A stretch of DNA of 64,000 nt from the NCBI GenBank assembly GCA_963812135.1, contig CAWETU010000001.1, positions 2,240,001-2,304,000 on the forward strand. Reading direction: 5' to 3'. The stretch is from Vulcanimicrobiota bacterium. Lineage in GTDB: Bacteria > Vulcanimicrobiota > Vulcanimicrobiia > Eremiobacterales > Eremiobacteraceae. Position numbers and translations under genes: made by a program. Positions 29,807-41,570 of this stretch are shown piece by piece (within the stretch, counting starts at the first letter, position 1; the number at the start of each line of letters is the position of its first letter). The notes below the pieces were generated by a model, which was given only the letters and a program-made list of their open reading frames with translations, did not search any database and was not told the origin of the DNA.

Positions 29807-30055
29807 TCAGCGCTTGCTGCGGCTTTGGCTCGTGCGCGGCGCGGACCCGGACGGACCGCGGCTGGGCTGTGCGCATGCTTTCTGAAGGCTCGCCGGTTCG
29901 TACTCGAGGTAATAGTCAATCGCATCGCGGGTAAGGCGAGCGACTTCTTGGCGCGTTGCGCGAGCGACCGCGATTGCCACCTCGGGTCTGACGACGGCGG
30001 CATAGCCGGTTCGAGTTTTCTGGATACTAAATCGGAAGCCGCGGTGCTCTATCAT
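29807..30055 (-). CDS. HicB-like antitoxin (short)
   Basis: Overlaps hicA; GYAA..PE..VA.ATRQEV.....DAI.YYLE. Confidence 0.65.
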   Translation of the reverse strand: MIEHRGFRFSIQKTRTGYAAVVRPEVAIAVARATRQEVARLTRDAIDYYLEYEPASLQKACAQPSRGPSGSAPRTSQSRSKR

Positions 30056-30249
30056 AGACGTTCAATCCCCATGGTTCGGAAAATAGATTTCAGCAGACCA
30101 ATCGGCTGTTCCCGGTCGTCATTGCCGGCCAAGACGACGACTCCGCTCCGCTTCGGATGTTTCCATATTTGGTGGCTGCCGCGTTGTCGAGCGACATACC
30201 ACCCGTTCTTGAGCAGACGCGCGCGAATCTCTCGGTTTTTGGGCGGCAT
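30052..30249 (-). CDS. hicA: HicA family toxin
   Basis: L.KNGW...RQRGSH.IWKHP, IG.LKSI. Confidence 0.88.
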   Translation of the reverse strand: MPPKNREIRARLLKNGWYVARQRGSHQIWKHPKRSGVVVLAGNDDREQPIGLLKSIFRTMGIERL

Positions 30250-30295
30250 GACCGGCGAATCACGCGCGGCAACCGTTTCGTCTAGCCTAGTCTGA

Positions 30296-30319
30296 CGGTC
30301 GAATAAATTCGACCGCTAC
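30296..30319 (-). repeat. GTAG-type REP palindrome
   Basis: Consensus copy next to a stop codon. Confidence 0.88.
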
Positions 30320-33300
30320 TCATGGCGTGGAGAAGCGGACGACTTGCGACGAGCTGCGCGTCCCGTCGGTCACCACGATCTTCACTTGGTGCTTGCGTAC
30401 GTGTGGTTCGAGCAAGACGTCGAACGACTTGGCGTTCGTTTCGAAGACGCGGTCGATCCACGTCTTGCCGTTGTCGGACGAGTACAGGACGACGATAGCG
30501 TCGTGGCGCTGTTCGGTTGTGACCGTCCACGTGACGTGGACGGTTCCATTATGCGGTTGGACGGTATTCGGTCGAATCAATTCGACCGCTACATGGACGG
30601 TTGGTGCGCTGCGCGCTGAGTTGCTGGCTTGCGAGCACCGCGCTGCCCGGGCCGACGACGTCCACGCGCGCAAGCGTTGCGTCGCGGGATTCGATAACCG
30701 AACGCGATGAGGTTGCGATCTTCCTTTGTGACGGGCAAGCGCCACAGCGGATTGAACTGAAACGTCAAGGGGTATGCCGAAAGCGTCGTAGGCGACGATG
30801 TCGTAGTCAGCTGGCTTCCGGCTGTGAGATCCGCGTGACCGTCAGCGTATAGAACGCGCCGAAGACCGCGGTGTTCAGCTTGTTGTACCGGAACTGCACG
30901 CCGCGGACCAACAAGACCGGCGGATCGAGCGGTTGGGTCAACGTGTTGAGCAAGTGCCAGTACGTGCACTCGGTGATCCACTTCTCGGGATCCACCGGGC
31001 CGGCGGGGTTGGCGACCGCCATCGGCCAGTTAGCTGGGATCGCGGTGTTGGGCGACGGCCCTTTGCCAGACGCGCCCATGAGCGGGAACGACTTATCCTT
31101 GCGCACGCGCGCGGCCAGCACGCTGGCGGTCGTGAGGCGCTCGCCGTTAGCGATGAGATCCTGTTTGTTGTGGTAGTCAAGGTCGCACTCGGCCAGCATT
31201 TCAGGCGAGCTCCAACTCGCCACCGGGATGCTGTGGGTTAATTCGTGCCCGACGGTCTGGAAGTTCATGAATTCCGGGATGAGGATAAGCTTGGTCGTGA
31301 CCGTGATGCCAAGCGAATCCGGCGGCGCGATCGCGAAGTAGTCGTGATCGCTGAGCACGGCGACCGTGCGGCCTGCGCCGTCGATGATGCCGCTGGTGGT
31401 CAGCTGGTCGGTGATGGCGGCCTCGAGTTTTTCGCGCTCGTGGATGAGTCTGTTCGCGGTGACGGTCGCATCGCTCACGTTCGCGAGGTGCTTCGCAAGG
31501 AAGCCAAGGATCGCATCGGTCTTGTCTTGCGACAGATCTTTATTATGGAAATCGAATAGCTCGCGGATGACGGTCGGCAAGTCCCACGGCTTGAGCGGAT
31601 AGAAATCGGGGACGTACTTGTGAGTGTCTTGCGCGATGGCGATCGTGCGCTATCGTGAGATCGCGTTTGGTCGCCGGCGTGAAGAACGACGAATCGTACG
31701 ACAGCAGTAGCGGGATGTAGCGGATGGTAGGCCCGTGCGTGACCTCGGCGTGGCCGTCGACGATGACCTTGGCGTCGTCGATCGGCGCGCCTTGGTCGTC
31801 GATGAGCTGGTCGACGATGCGGTAGTCGGTGTCGGGCAAGAATGTGAAGGTCGAATTCGCAGGCACGCCGGTCGGCGCTGGAAGTTTGACTTTCACGTGC
31901 TGCCACGAACCGGCAGGTGGGCGAATGGGGATATTGTCGAGCACGTCGCTCGTGAAGATCGTCTTTTGGACGGTGCCGGATTCGCCGGTGAAGCGCATCC
32001 GCACGGGCACTTTTTCCGTGCAGTCCGTATATATCTCGATGACGATCGTGTCGCGGCTGCTGATCTGGCGGATGTCGCCGCGTTCACTGACGTACCAATT
32101 CACGCCGAACAGCACTGCCGGCTTGTCCGTGACCATATTGAGCGGGGCGATGTAGTGCGGCACGCTATCGTACACGCGCGTCAAGTGCGGCGGCGGCTTG
32201 TTCTTCCATGTGTCGTCGTCTTGCCATACGGCTTGCTCGGGCTCGAACCAGCCATCTCAAGGTTTGATCTCGCACGGCGTGGGAGTCGGCGTCGGCGACG
32301 GAGTGGACGTCGGTGAGGGATATGCCGAGGGCGGCGGCGTCGGAACCGTTGTCGACGTCGGATATGGTGACGGCGTATTGCGACCTTCCGTGCCTCCTAA
32401 CGGCGGCGGCGGGGTCTCGCGGCCGGTCGTGTGATCGCCGTTCTTCGGTTTTGGTGTCGGCGTGGGCGTTGGTGTTGGAGTCGGCGTGGCCGGGCGACTG
32501 GTCGTCTTATACGGATACTCGGTGGGCGAGGGCGGCGTGAGTTTTTCGACCGTACTTCCGCTGTCTTCAGGATGGTGCACTTCGAGATCGGTGCTGACAT
32601 TGAGCGCGCCTGGCCGCACGGCGCGGATCAGCACTTCGGCGAGGCCGTCCTTGACGGGCACCGTCGCAGTTGTTGCACCATCCGCCATGGTCGCCGCACC
32701 GCCCGTATTGAAGATGACGACGGCAGCGTCTTGCGGGCGAATGCCGACGATGTGCACCTTCACCGGCGCGGTCTGACCGGTCTTGAGCGGCGGCAGCGGA
32801 TCAAACGTCATGCGCACGATGCTCGTCGGCATGTCGTTGCTGTGTTGACTACCCGATTGGAAGCTCGTGCGATAGAAACCGGGCTGCGTTCCATCGTGCA
32901 ATTTGCCGACCAGCGCACGGTCGGATGAGGCGAGCGTGTCGACGTTGCGGTCTGAACCGTCGAGCAGCATCTTCATCTTGCTCGGGTCGCCGCCGCGGGT
33001 GAGCACTTGGATGAGGCCCTTGCCATGCCGCCTTCTTCGTATGCCGAGTAACCTTCGGTGATCGCGGGCCCATTGGGCGGCACGTTCGTCAGCGCGGTTC
33101 CGCCGGGCAGGTGCACGGGTCCGTCGGTGACGTGGCACTGCGAACCGGTGTCGGGCTGGCTGTCTTTGTTGAAGTGCTTGAAGACCTCAAGGCCGACGAG
33201 TCCGGCGATGGCGGGCACGAGGAAATGGAAGTGGCCGTCTTTATCGGTGATGCTATGCCAGAATTTCTTGTGGCCTTGGGCGTCCACGCTGCCGACGATA

Positions 33301-33566
33301 AAGGCTTGAGGACCACCGCCACCCTGCTCGTCTTGCACGGTGCCGGTGACTTCCGAGCGATTGCCCGAAACCGCGGGGAAGTAGACGCCCGAGTCGGTGC
33401 CGGTGCCGTCGCCCGGTGCGGGTTTGGTCTGCGTGTAGCTCGGGTTGGCGTCGAGCGGCGCGTCGTTGGATTCGGCCGCGGTGGCGGGCGCGTCATGCTG
33501 ATAGCTTGCAAGCGCGATAACCGCGCTGGCCACTGCGAGCATAAACACCGCAATGAATTGCCGCAT
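30320..33566 (-). CDS. Large (~1080 aa) secreted multidomain protein with Pro/Thr linker and HExxH motif; several frameshifts
   Basis: Signal MRQFIAVFML, PTPTPT linker, VGHELTH, C-terminal YSSDNGKTW; five consecutive overlapping ORF pieces. Confidence 0.65.
30569..30593 (-). repeat. REP palindrome inside coding sequence
   Basis: CGGTCGAATCAATTCGACCGCTACA, read in frame as VAVELIRP. Confidence 0.8.
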
Positions 33567-33656
33567 TTTGTGTGTGCGGCGTTGAATGGGGGCCGGAGAG
33601 TCTCCTCTCCGGCCTCTTGGGTGTGACCGTTGCGCGGCGTGTGCCATCGCGGCGTA

Positions 33657-34343
33657 CTAGCGGCCGGGCTCAGTCTGGGGCTGGGGGTTGACCTGGACCG
33701 GTTGGTCGCTGCCGTTGTGGTGCGCCAGTCCGAAGATCAGCGCCGCGGCGCCGAGGATCGGGAGGAGCAGTTTCATTTTATGCGGCGCGTCGTTGACCGC
33801 GACCCAACCTTTGGCAGGATCCCATTTGTCGTGTTCTTTGGTCGTGTTCTTGCCGTCGAAGTTCGTGCGGGTCGCGTCGCCGCCCGTCAGATCGCCTTGG
33901 CCATCTGGTTGGGAGTACTGCTGCGTGCTGTCCGACGATTTCGAGGTGTTGCCGTCGTTGGTCTGATCGTGCGAGACGACCGTCGAGGTGCCGTCATCGT
34001 TGTTGGTCGTGGTGACTTCGGCTGAGGTCAGGTGCAGGACTTGCTGGTTCGGCAACTTGCCTTTCTTGGTGATGCAGCGTTTGCGCTTGATGGTCTGTAC
34101 GACTTGTCCGGTCTTCAGGCTCGTGAATACGGTCGTGCTTTCCGTGCAGGTCGTGATGCTGCCATCGGGGTTCACGGTGTCGGTGGAGCTGCCTGACGCT
34201 GCGATCGAGTTGCCGTTGCCGTTGTCGGGCGTCGAGGCGGTCCAGTTACCCGCGGCGGCGGGGGCGGCGCTGATGAGCTGGATCATCGGGGCTGCGAGGA
34301 TCAGCGCAAGGGAGAGTGAGATCGCCTTGTGTGCGTAATTCAT
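33657..34343 (-). CDS. Thr/Ser-rich exported protein with C-terminal hydrophobic segment
   Basis: Signal peptide, Thr-rich beta repeats, LLLPILGAAALIFGL. Confidence 0.75.
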   Translation of the reverse strand: MNYAHKAISLSLALILAAPMIQLISAAPAAAGNWTASTPDNGNGNSIAASGSSTDTVNPDGSITTCTESTTVFTSLKTGQVVQTIKRKRCITKKGKLPNQQVLHLTSAEVTTTNNDDGTSTVVSHDQTNDGNTSKSSDSTQQYSQPDGQGDLTGGDATRTNFDGKNTTKEHDKWDPAKGWVAVNDAPHKMKLLLPILGAAALIFGLAHHNGSDQPVQVNPQPQTEPGR

Positions 34344-34510
34344 CTTGATAACATTTTTCAAGAGCGGCCGGGTTTCTTATGCCGGCCGGCGCCCGAACAA
34401 CCGGGCAAATGGCTCAAGGGTAGCGATTTGGGGCATTGGCTAAATCCGGGGGGCTACGGAGAAAAATGCTTTTCGTAGGCGTCCCGGAACGTGAGCCATC
34501 GAGCTTCTTT

Positions 34511-35125
34511 ATGGGCCCTGTCTATCGGCGTTTGCTCTTGTCGGTGCTGCTCGTTCTGTTGGCCGGGCCTGCCTCTGCGTTTAGTTCTGCGCCCCCACTG
34601 CCTCCGCAGAATGATGCGCTTGGTGCGTGGCTGCCTCGATCTCAAGAGGCGGATCTGTGGAACCACAAGCGCGCGTCTGAGACCAGAATCGACGACTCGT
34701 TCACGTACGCTCCCCGCGATTGGTTCGGCGGGCCGGCAGACGGCCGGACATTTCGCTTTGGCAACGCGGGGTCGTCAAGTGCGAGCGTCGTCTACGACGC
34801 TCACTCCAAAACCGCGTTCTACGATGTCGGTTGTTGCTCGTGGCATTCGACGCTGCTCGTCAGTGGTGTGGCGGCACCACCCCAAGCCGTGCCTGCTCGC
34901 GACCTAGGAGCCGCGGGGACCAAAGCTGGTGCGCGGTTGGGAGAATCGCCGAGCACAGTGCGCGGCATCTATGGCGCCGCTTCTCCTATTCAAATGAAGG
35001 ACAAGCCCGGATATACCGAGCTGGTATATTTCAAACCACAGAATCCGACACAGTGCTATTGGTACGACTACTTCATATTTCTCGATGACAAGCTTGTGAG
35101 CATCGAGCTAGCCCACGGGTGTTGA
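34511..35125 (+). CDS. Secreted hypothetical protein
   Basis: Signal peptide RRLLLSVLLVLLAGPASA. Confidence 0.7.
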   Translation: MGPVYRRLLLSVLLVLLAGPASAFSSAPPLPPQNDALGAWLPRSQEADLWNHKRASETRIDDSFTYAPRDWFGGPADGRTFRFGNAGSSSASVVYDAHSKTAFYDVGCCSWHSTLLVSGVAAPPQAVPARDLGAAGTKAGARLGESPSTVRGIYGAASPIQMKDKPGYTELVYFKPQNPTQCYWYDYFIFLDDKLVSIELAHGC

Positions 35126-35157
35126 AGCAGGCCAGGACCACGCTCTGCCGGCAGAAA

Positions 35158-36234
35158 ATGATACATATTGTGAAGCCGCTGATAGGCTCCATTCTCGCCG
35201 TTTTTATCGTGGCAGTTGCGCTGCTGTCCCCGTGTGCGGCGAGCCAAGCGGGTGGAACGCCGCCGACCATGCACGTCGCTCCCACGCCGCACCCGACTCC
35301 GCGTCCGACTCCCAAGCCTGTGTTGCCAGCGCCAAGGGCTCTGCACTACACGACGAATCCCGACACGTGCGTTCATGAAGGCGACGGTCCAAGCCAGTGC
35401 TCATGGTTGACGCACGGCAAGGCAATCGATGTGTATTGGGACTGGAGATGCAGCGACATGCCCTGCGCCCTCGAGGGCTTCCATCTGAGGTTGGCTGGCG
35501 GGGGCCGCTCCGGTGGTCCTGGGAGAGTCGTTGGGATCTCAAGTGCACACTTCATCGTCCAAGACGAGCCAAAAGGCGGCTGGCACGCGGTATGTTACGT
35601 CGTGACTGCGTACCCATTGTCGCGCCTCGCCGCTGCCGAATCCAAGCCGAGTCCGAAGATCTGCATCCATGAGACGTCCAAGACCGTGACCATCAAGGCG
35701 GATAAGGCGCGCGGTTACACCGGCAATATTGGAATCTGTACAGCGACAACAATCCACAAGTGCAGACCTTCCCGGCGATCGGGTTCAGACTTAATCGTCG
35801 GCGATACATTCTTCGAGAGCAACCAAAGCCAGACGAACTCGTTCCAGCGCGCCGCCTACGCGTTCGATCTCTCAGCGATCGCCGGCAACAGCCTGTTCGG
35901 TGGAAGCTTCGCGTACACCGGGCCCGGGCAATCCCACCCGCAGTTGCGCGGATCTCCATCGTGCTCCGAGCGACTGGGCGAGCAAGTCCTGGGTCGTCGC
36001 TGGGGGCGGTCCGCTGCCCGGAAAGTTCGCGAGGATGGATCAACGGTATCGTGGCCCATCAATAAGCTCGTGGAGAGTTGGAACCGGTCAACGCCGTTCG
36101 TGCTGCTCCTCGAAGAAGTCAACGGAGTCGGTTATGCCGAGTACATCAAGAGCAGCGTCGTGCCGTATACGTTCTCGTGTCAAGCGGTCATCATCAACCC
36201 AAGGCTGCTGCTGAGGGTCGGCGTGACAGAATAA
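35158..36234 (+). CDS. Secreted Cys-containing hypothetical protein (possible internal frame slips)
   Basis: Signal peptide, PTP linker, CYVVTAY...ES.PS FN3-like end. Confidence 0.6.
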   Translation: MIHIVKPLIGSILAVFIVAVALLSPCAASQAGGTPPTMHVAPTPHPTPRPTPKPVLPAPRALHYTTNPDTCVHEGDGPSQCSWLTHGKAIDVYWDWRCSDMPCALEGFHLRLAGGGRSGGPGRVVGISSAHFIVQDEPKGGWHAVCYVVTAYPLSRLAAAESKPSPKICIHETSKTVTIKADKARGYTGNIGICTATTIHKCRPSRRSGSDLIVGDTFFESNQSQTNSFQRAAYAFDLSAIAGNSLFGGSFAYTGPGQSHPQLRGSPSCSERLGEQVLGRRWGRSAARKVREDGSTVSWPINKLVESWNRSTPFVLLLEEVNGVGYAEYIKSSVVPYTFSCQAVIINPRLLLRVGVTE

Positions 36235-36256
36235 CCGGTTCTGGGTGGCGCCGGCG

Positions 36257-38997
36257 TCAGGCTGTGGCGGAGCGTGCCATGTGGGCGATCAGCTCGGCGC
36301 GTGACGCCAACCCGAGTTTGTTGAGGATCGCTGAGGCGTGCGTTTCGACTGTACGCTCGCCGACCGTCAGCGCTCTGAGGCGACGATTGGATTTGCCTTG
36401 CGCGATGAGCTGTGCCGACCTCGAGCTCGCGGGGACTCAAGCCTTGCGGGCCAGATGCCCTTGGTCTTCCGCGCCGGCGGGCTGAGGTCTCGAGGCGCTG
36501 CGCGTCTCTTTTGTCGCCTATCTTCTTATAGAGCTCGAGCGCCTTGTCGCGTTCGCCGGCGGTTTCGAGCGCCTGGGCTTCGTATAGATGCCAGCCGAGA
36601 TCGTGGAATTGCGCGGCGGCGCGCTCGCCGAGCGCGCGTGCGTCTTGGGGTTTGTTCTTCTCTTTGCGCGAGCCGAGCGTCGAAGAGCGTCAGATAGGCG
36701 CGCGCATCGTGCTCTTTTTCGTGCTTGAGCGTTCCGGCGCGTTTGAGCAGCTCGCGCGCGCGTTTGACTTGGGCCTGGTCGCCGTGCACCGCGATGTGGA
36801 CGAAGATGACGTTGTCGGTCTGCTTGTCCGCAAGGGCGTCGAGCGCGGTCAGGGCCCGATCGATGATGCCGTGCGCGTCGTCAAAGCGCCCGCGCGCTAC
36901 GGCGTAGTCGATATAGGCGCAGGCCGCGTACGGCACGGCGCTCTCGTCGAGTCCTTCGACAAGTTCGAAGAAATCGCGACGCGCGCGTGCGTTCGACGAG
37001 TTTCGTCGTCGAGCGTGAGCAGGCCGACCGCGATGCCGATGCGCGCAGCGACGACATCGAATTTTTGGCAGGTCGATCTCCATGGCGAGCGCTTGGGTGA
37101 CGAGCTCGCGCGCGCGCTCGAGGTCGCCGAAACGATAGCAGGTGAGCGCGTATTGCAAGCAGGCAGAAACCGGCGGAGACGCTGCGCAGCCGATGCGTCT
37201 CTGATGAGCTCGCGCGCTTGTTCGAAGAGCTCGAGCGTTTGGTGGCGGGCGCGCAGTTTGCCGAGATTGACGGCGACGTTGCCCAGCGCCCGCACGGACG
37301 CCTTCGATGTCGCCGGCGGCTTGCGCGATGTCAGGGCTGCGCGTTCGCAGTTATCGACGCGCCGATCTGCATCGCCCGCGGTCACTGAGCGCGATGGCGA
37401 GGAACTGATAGCAAGCGCGACTGCTTCAGGCCGCGGGCCGCTCGCCTGTGTAGAGCTCTGCCAGCGCGAGATGTTCGAGCGCGCCGGTGGCGTCGTCTTG
37501 GAAGACGCGCAGACCGGCGAGGCTCACGTGCGCGTTGAAGATGCAGCACGTCATCGGGATCGGTGGCGGCGCCGAGCGCGCGTTCGAAGAGCTCTTTCGC
37601 GCCAGCTACATCGCCGGTGTTGAACGCGAGATGGCCCGCTATCTAATGATAGAGCGCCGAGACGTACCGGGATCGCCGGAGCGCTCGTGATGAGGAGCGA
37701 TTGCACGTCGAACGCATCGCGCGCCTTGGCGGCCGAGCCCCGTGATGCAAGGCGAGCGCGAACTTGCGGAACAGCTCGCTTCTGCCCGCATCGTCTGACC
37801 GTGGCGCGTCGAGCGCGCGCTCGTAGGACTGCGCCGCGAACGCATGGGCGAAGAGGGCTTCCGCCTCGTCGCCGGCGCGCTCATCGTAGGCGGCGGCTTT
37901 CGCAGGCTCGCCGGCGTTGCGCCAATGGTACGAGAGTTCGGTCGCGCTCGAGCCCGGTCTGCGCTGCGAGCGCCGTGGCGATCTTGGCGTGCAGCGCGCT
38001 GCGTTGCGCGCCAGCAGCTCATTGTAGATGGCATCGCGCGTTAACACGTGGCCGGAATGTGAAGACGGGCTGCTCGGCGGGTTCTTCGACGATCAACTGC
38101 TGATCGCGAGCGCGTTTGAGGGCCTCGAGGACTTGCTCGCTCGGCCGCTCGGCGATCGCGGCAGCGAACGCGACCGAGAAATGACGCCCGATGACTGCGG
38201 CGCGCTCGAGGACGGCGCGCGTCTCTACGTCGCACTGCCGGAAGCGCTCGAGGACGATCTGCTCGACTGAAGAGGGAACGTCGCCGCGCGCGAGGCTGAC
38301 CGCAGCTTGCGTCGAGCAGCGTCCGCAACAGCTCTTCGGCGAAGAGGGGATTGCCTTCGGCCCTGCCTCTGACCGCATCGGCGACGCCGGACGAGCCAGG
38401 CCGGCTCTCGAGGACGTCATGGATCAGCGTTTGGATGTCGGCGTCGTCGATCGGAGGCAGCTCGAGCCGCGCCACTGACGGATCTCTGCCGAGTTTGGCG
38501 AGCACCGCGCCCAGCGCTTCGCCGCGTCGCGCGTCTTCAGCCCGCAGCGTCGCGAGCATCAACACGCGCGATCGCCCGATCGAGGTGGCGACGTGCGCGA
38601 AGAGCTCGAGCGAATCGTTGTCTGCCCACTGGAGATCCTCGACGACGACGATGACCGGCTGGCTCGCTGCGGCGTCGACAATCGTCTTGACGATGGTCTC
38701 GAACTGTGCCCATTTGTCGGCTTGCGGCGCGAATTCGTGACCCGTGAGCTCGCGATAGATGGCGCGGAACGGCACGTACGGGATCTGAAGATGTTGGAAG
38801 CACTGGCCGATGGCGACGCGGCTTTGCGTGGCATCGCGAATCAGCTGCGCGACGAGCCGGCTCTTGCCGATGCCGGCATCGCCCACGATAAGCACAGTCG
38901 AGCCGCGGCCTTGGGCCGCGGCTTCGTTGCGTTCGCGCAGGTCGGCGAGTTCTTGACGCCGGCCCGCAAAACGCTCAAAGACGATCGGAGTTACCAC
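36257..38997 (-). CDS. LuxR-family STAND regulator (AAA ATPase-TPR-HTH), multiply frameshifted
   Basis: GDAGIGKS, EDLQWAD, EGNPLFAEE, C-terminal SPRELEV...ERTVETH...KLG. Confidence 0.85.
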
Positions 38998-39056
38998 GGT
39001 CGCCTCAACCCGGCGTGGATTTCACCCTTGCTCGGTACGCGACGCAAGTTGAGAAG

Positions 39057-40652
39057 CTAGAGCCTGGAGCGCACGAGGCCGGCCAATATCGAGGCGATGG
39101 CGTCGGGGCTGCCCGGATCGTGCAGCGTCACGGCGATCTGTACGAGGTTGCCGTGTTGGAGGACGAACCGCTCACCGCATGTCCCCGGCCTTGATTCCGT
39201 ACTGCAAGACCCAGCTGGCTGTTCGCCCGATTTTTCAAGAGCGGCCGCATACGATTGCGGCCACACCACGACGGTGACGACCGTGTACAGCATGTCATTG
39301 AAGTCTTTGAGCGTGATCGCGTAGTAGCAGGCCGAGCCTCCGCCATGCAGCACGACAGGACTACCAACGGCGCCGCTCACCTCTCCCGTACTGAGCAAGG
39401 CGTTGCACGACTTGTTGACGACAGGCGGGCTGCTTGACGGTGAAGGTGACGGCGTCGGCTGCAACTTGCAATATGAGTCCAACGAAATTCCAGTGAGCCT
39501 GATCTTCGCGCCGCTTTTCCCGCCGGACATCGACACGTAGGCTATCCCTGGTGCGGCGCGCGTTGTGGGCGGCGGGTTGCCGGTGCTGCCGGCCGGACAT
39601 TTGCAGCCCTGCGGCAGCGTGCAAAAGTAGCCGTTGAGCGCGCCGCCCGCGATTTCGTCGCGATTCGCGAAGCTGACGTGTCCGTGCAGCGACGAGGTGA
39701 CGATCTGGACGATATCGGCTTCGAGCTTCGCGAGGAAGATCTCGTTCGTGTATGCTGCGGCCGCAAACGGCCCCTTTGAGATCCCGTTGCTCACCGTATA
39801 CAGTTTGAGCTCGTCGATCGTCTTCGTGATGCCTGGCCCATCCGAATCCCAACCCGTCGGATCGAGCGACGGGTCCCTGACGCGAGAGCGAGCGTAGCTC
39901 GATGCCCAGCGGATCTCGAAGTTGTCGGGATCCCCGGCGATGGCGAGCGCGTATGCTGCGGCATTGTCGCCCTTCTTGAGCATACCGTCGAAGAGAGGCC
40001 ATGGATTGATGCCGACATACTTCATCTCGGCATAGAAGCCGAGCGCGTCAGGGCCGCGGTCAAAGAGCGGCTTGCCCGGTTCCGTGAAATAATCGGCCCA
40101 ATAGCCAGCGCCGGAGATGTTGGTGCCTGCAAGCGTTGCCCCCACCCACTCGGCTTGGCCTTCGAGGAGCCAACCCGGGGCGTTGTGATAGGACGTCCCC
40201 GTCGCGAAGTCGTCGAGTTGGAAGCAATGGAAATCTTCGTGGCCCGCGATCTCTAGCTGTTCCTGGGCTGGCGCGGCCTGCCCGCTTGGGTTGATGTAAA
40301 TGACGCATTTCACAGGCTTGCCCGAGCGCTGCCCTGTCGCGTCTGGATAGTCCGTGTAAGCCTGGGCCGCCCCCTGTTGCTGCGTCGCATTGATAACGAC
40401 GATGACCGGCAGCGCGGAGTTGCGCCCCATGTTCGCGGCGATCTGAGCTCGTGCGGAACTGATGAGCTCTTCCCAATGCGTCTGCGTGGCATTGGCTTCG
40501 CTCGGGCGAGCGCCGTAGCACATCACTACCAATAGCGTCGCGGCCGTCGCAAGAGCGCGAACCGCTACGCCAGCAACGGAGACAGCTGTGCTCGTCATAC
40601 CCATGGCCCCTTCAATGAGAGTTGGCGATGAAAGGCTTGCGCATGTAGGCAC
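39057..40652 (-). CDS. Secreted putative zinc metalloprotease (gluzincin-like)
   Basis: GHEDFHCFQ...WLLEGQAEW; start uncertain. Confidence 0.75.
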   Translation of the reverse strand: MPTCASLSSPTLIEGAMGMTSTAVSVAGVAVRALATAATLLVVMCYGARPSEANATQTHWEELISSARAQIAANMGRNSALPVIVVINATQQQGAAQAYTDYPDATGQRSGKPVKCVIYINPSGQAAPAQEQLEIAGHEDFHCFQLDDFATGTSYHNAPGWLLEGQAEWVGATLAGTNISGAGYWADYFTEPGKPLFDRGPDALGFYAEMKYVGINPWPLFDGMLKKGDNAAAYALAIAGDPDNFEIRWASSYARSRVRDPSLDPTGWDSDGPGITKTIDELKLYTVSNGISKGPFAAAAYTNEIFLAKLEADIVQIVTSSLHGHVSFANRDEIAGGALNGYFCTLPQGCKCPAGSTGNPPPTTRAAPGIAYVSMSGGKSGAKIRLTGISLDSYCKLQPTPSPSPSSSPPVVNKSCNALLSTGEVSGAVGSPVVLHGGGSACYYAITLKDFNDMLYTVVTVVVWPQSYAAALEKSGEQPAGSCSTESRPGTCGERFVLQHGNLVQIAVTLHDPGSPDAIASILAGLVRSRL

Positions 40653-40678
40653 CCAAAAGTAGGCGCTGCGAGCACACG

Positions 40679-40888
40679 CTATTTCTTGGCTTTGGAGCGC
40701 CTGCGTGGGCGCAATCCGTCATCGGTCAGGTCGATGCTTGTCCGCAGCTCGTGCAGTTGTGCGGGTCGAAGGCGTACTTCGAGAAACGTGTCTTTGGATT
40801 CGAGCAGCAGACGGGCGAGACGCCGGTTCGCGATGGCGGCGGCGTGGAACGATCCGCGTCGAAACGCAACGACAAGTCTTTTCATCAT
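40679..40888 (-). CDS. Small basic hypothetical protein
   Basis: AAGGAG RBS, last gene of the TA/HNH run. Confidence 0.5.
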   Translation of the reverse strand: MMKRLVVAFRRGSFHAAAIANRRLARLLLESKDTFLEVRLRPAQLHELRTSIDLTDDGLRPRRRSKAKK

Positions 40889-40895
40889 TGCTCCT

Positions 40896-41207
40896 TCACA
40901 GGCGCAGCTCCGCGACCAGCCGAGATACTTTCTGCAGGTGCGCCGGATCTGGCGCAGCGCGCGCGTTTCTGCTTTGATTGCAAAGTTTGTGGGCTAGGCG
41001 CAAGTTGTCGAGCTCTCCCCTCCGGCCACCTTGACTGACGGGTACGATATGGTCGACGGTTGGGGCACATGGATGACTCTGTCTTTTCTGGCCCTTCAAA
41101 CCCTCGTATGGCGCGTCGAAATACATCGGCAGACGGCAAATCTGACAGTTCCGTCCGTCGCGCTTGACCAAGGTCCGGATGATGGCGTGGAGCGTGACCT
41201 TGCTCAT
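40896..41207 (-). CDS. HNH endonuclease
   Basis: RDG..CQIC, TVDHIVP.SQGG...NL.LAH..CN. Confidence 0.9.
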   Translation of the reverse strand: MSKVTLHAIIRTLVKRDGRNCQICRLPMYFDAPYEGLKGQKRQSHPCAPTVDHIVPVSQGGRRGELDNLRLAHKLCNQSRNARAAPDPAHLQKVSRLVAELRL

Positions 41208-41216
41208 TCTGAGCTT

Positions 41217-41558
41217 TTACAAGAACAGGGAAACCGGCACCTTGAAGAATTTCGCAAAGCTCTTAGCCGCGTTCACACCGATCTTCCGTTTGCCCGCGAG
41301 CATCTGACTCGCGGTGCCTTTCGACTTGATGATCGCACCCAGCTCTGAGACCGTCAGGCCGCGCGCTTGCATCAGCTCCCGCAGAATATCAGCGGGCGCC
41401 GCCTGTTCGGGCCACGGATAATGCTCCTCCTCGTACTTTTCGATCAGCGTGGCGATCAGATCGAGATACGCCTCTAGCGCGGGCGTCAAGGTTCGCGCCG
41501 CGAGGAGATCTCGAGCCTCGGCGAGCGCCTTCTTGTGCTCATGCTCTGTGCGGATCAT
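41217..41558 (-). CDS. HigA-like HTH antitoxin
   Basis: IRTE.E...AL, L..LIEKYEEEH, LM..RGL...EL, GKRKI. Confidence 0.85.
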   Translation of the reverse strand: MIRTEHEHKKALAEARDLLAARTLTPALEAYLDLIATLIEKYEEEHYPWPEQAAPADILRELMQARGLTVSELGAIIKSKGTASQMLAGKRKIGVNAAKSFAKFFKVPVSLFL

Positions 41559-41570
41559 AGCAACCTGCTA

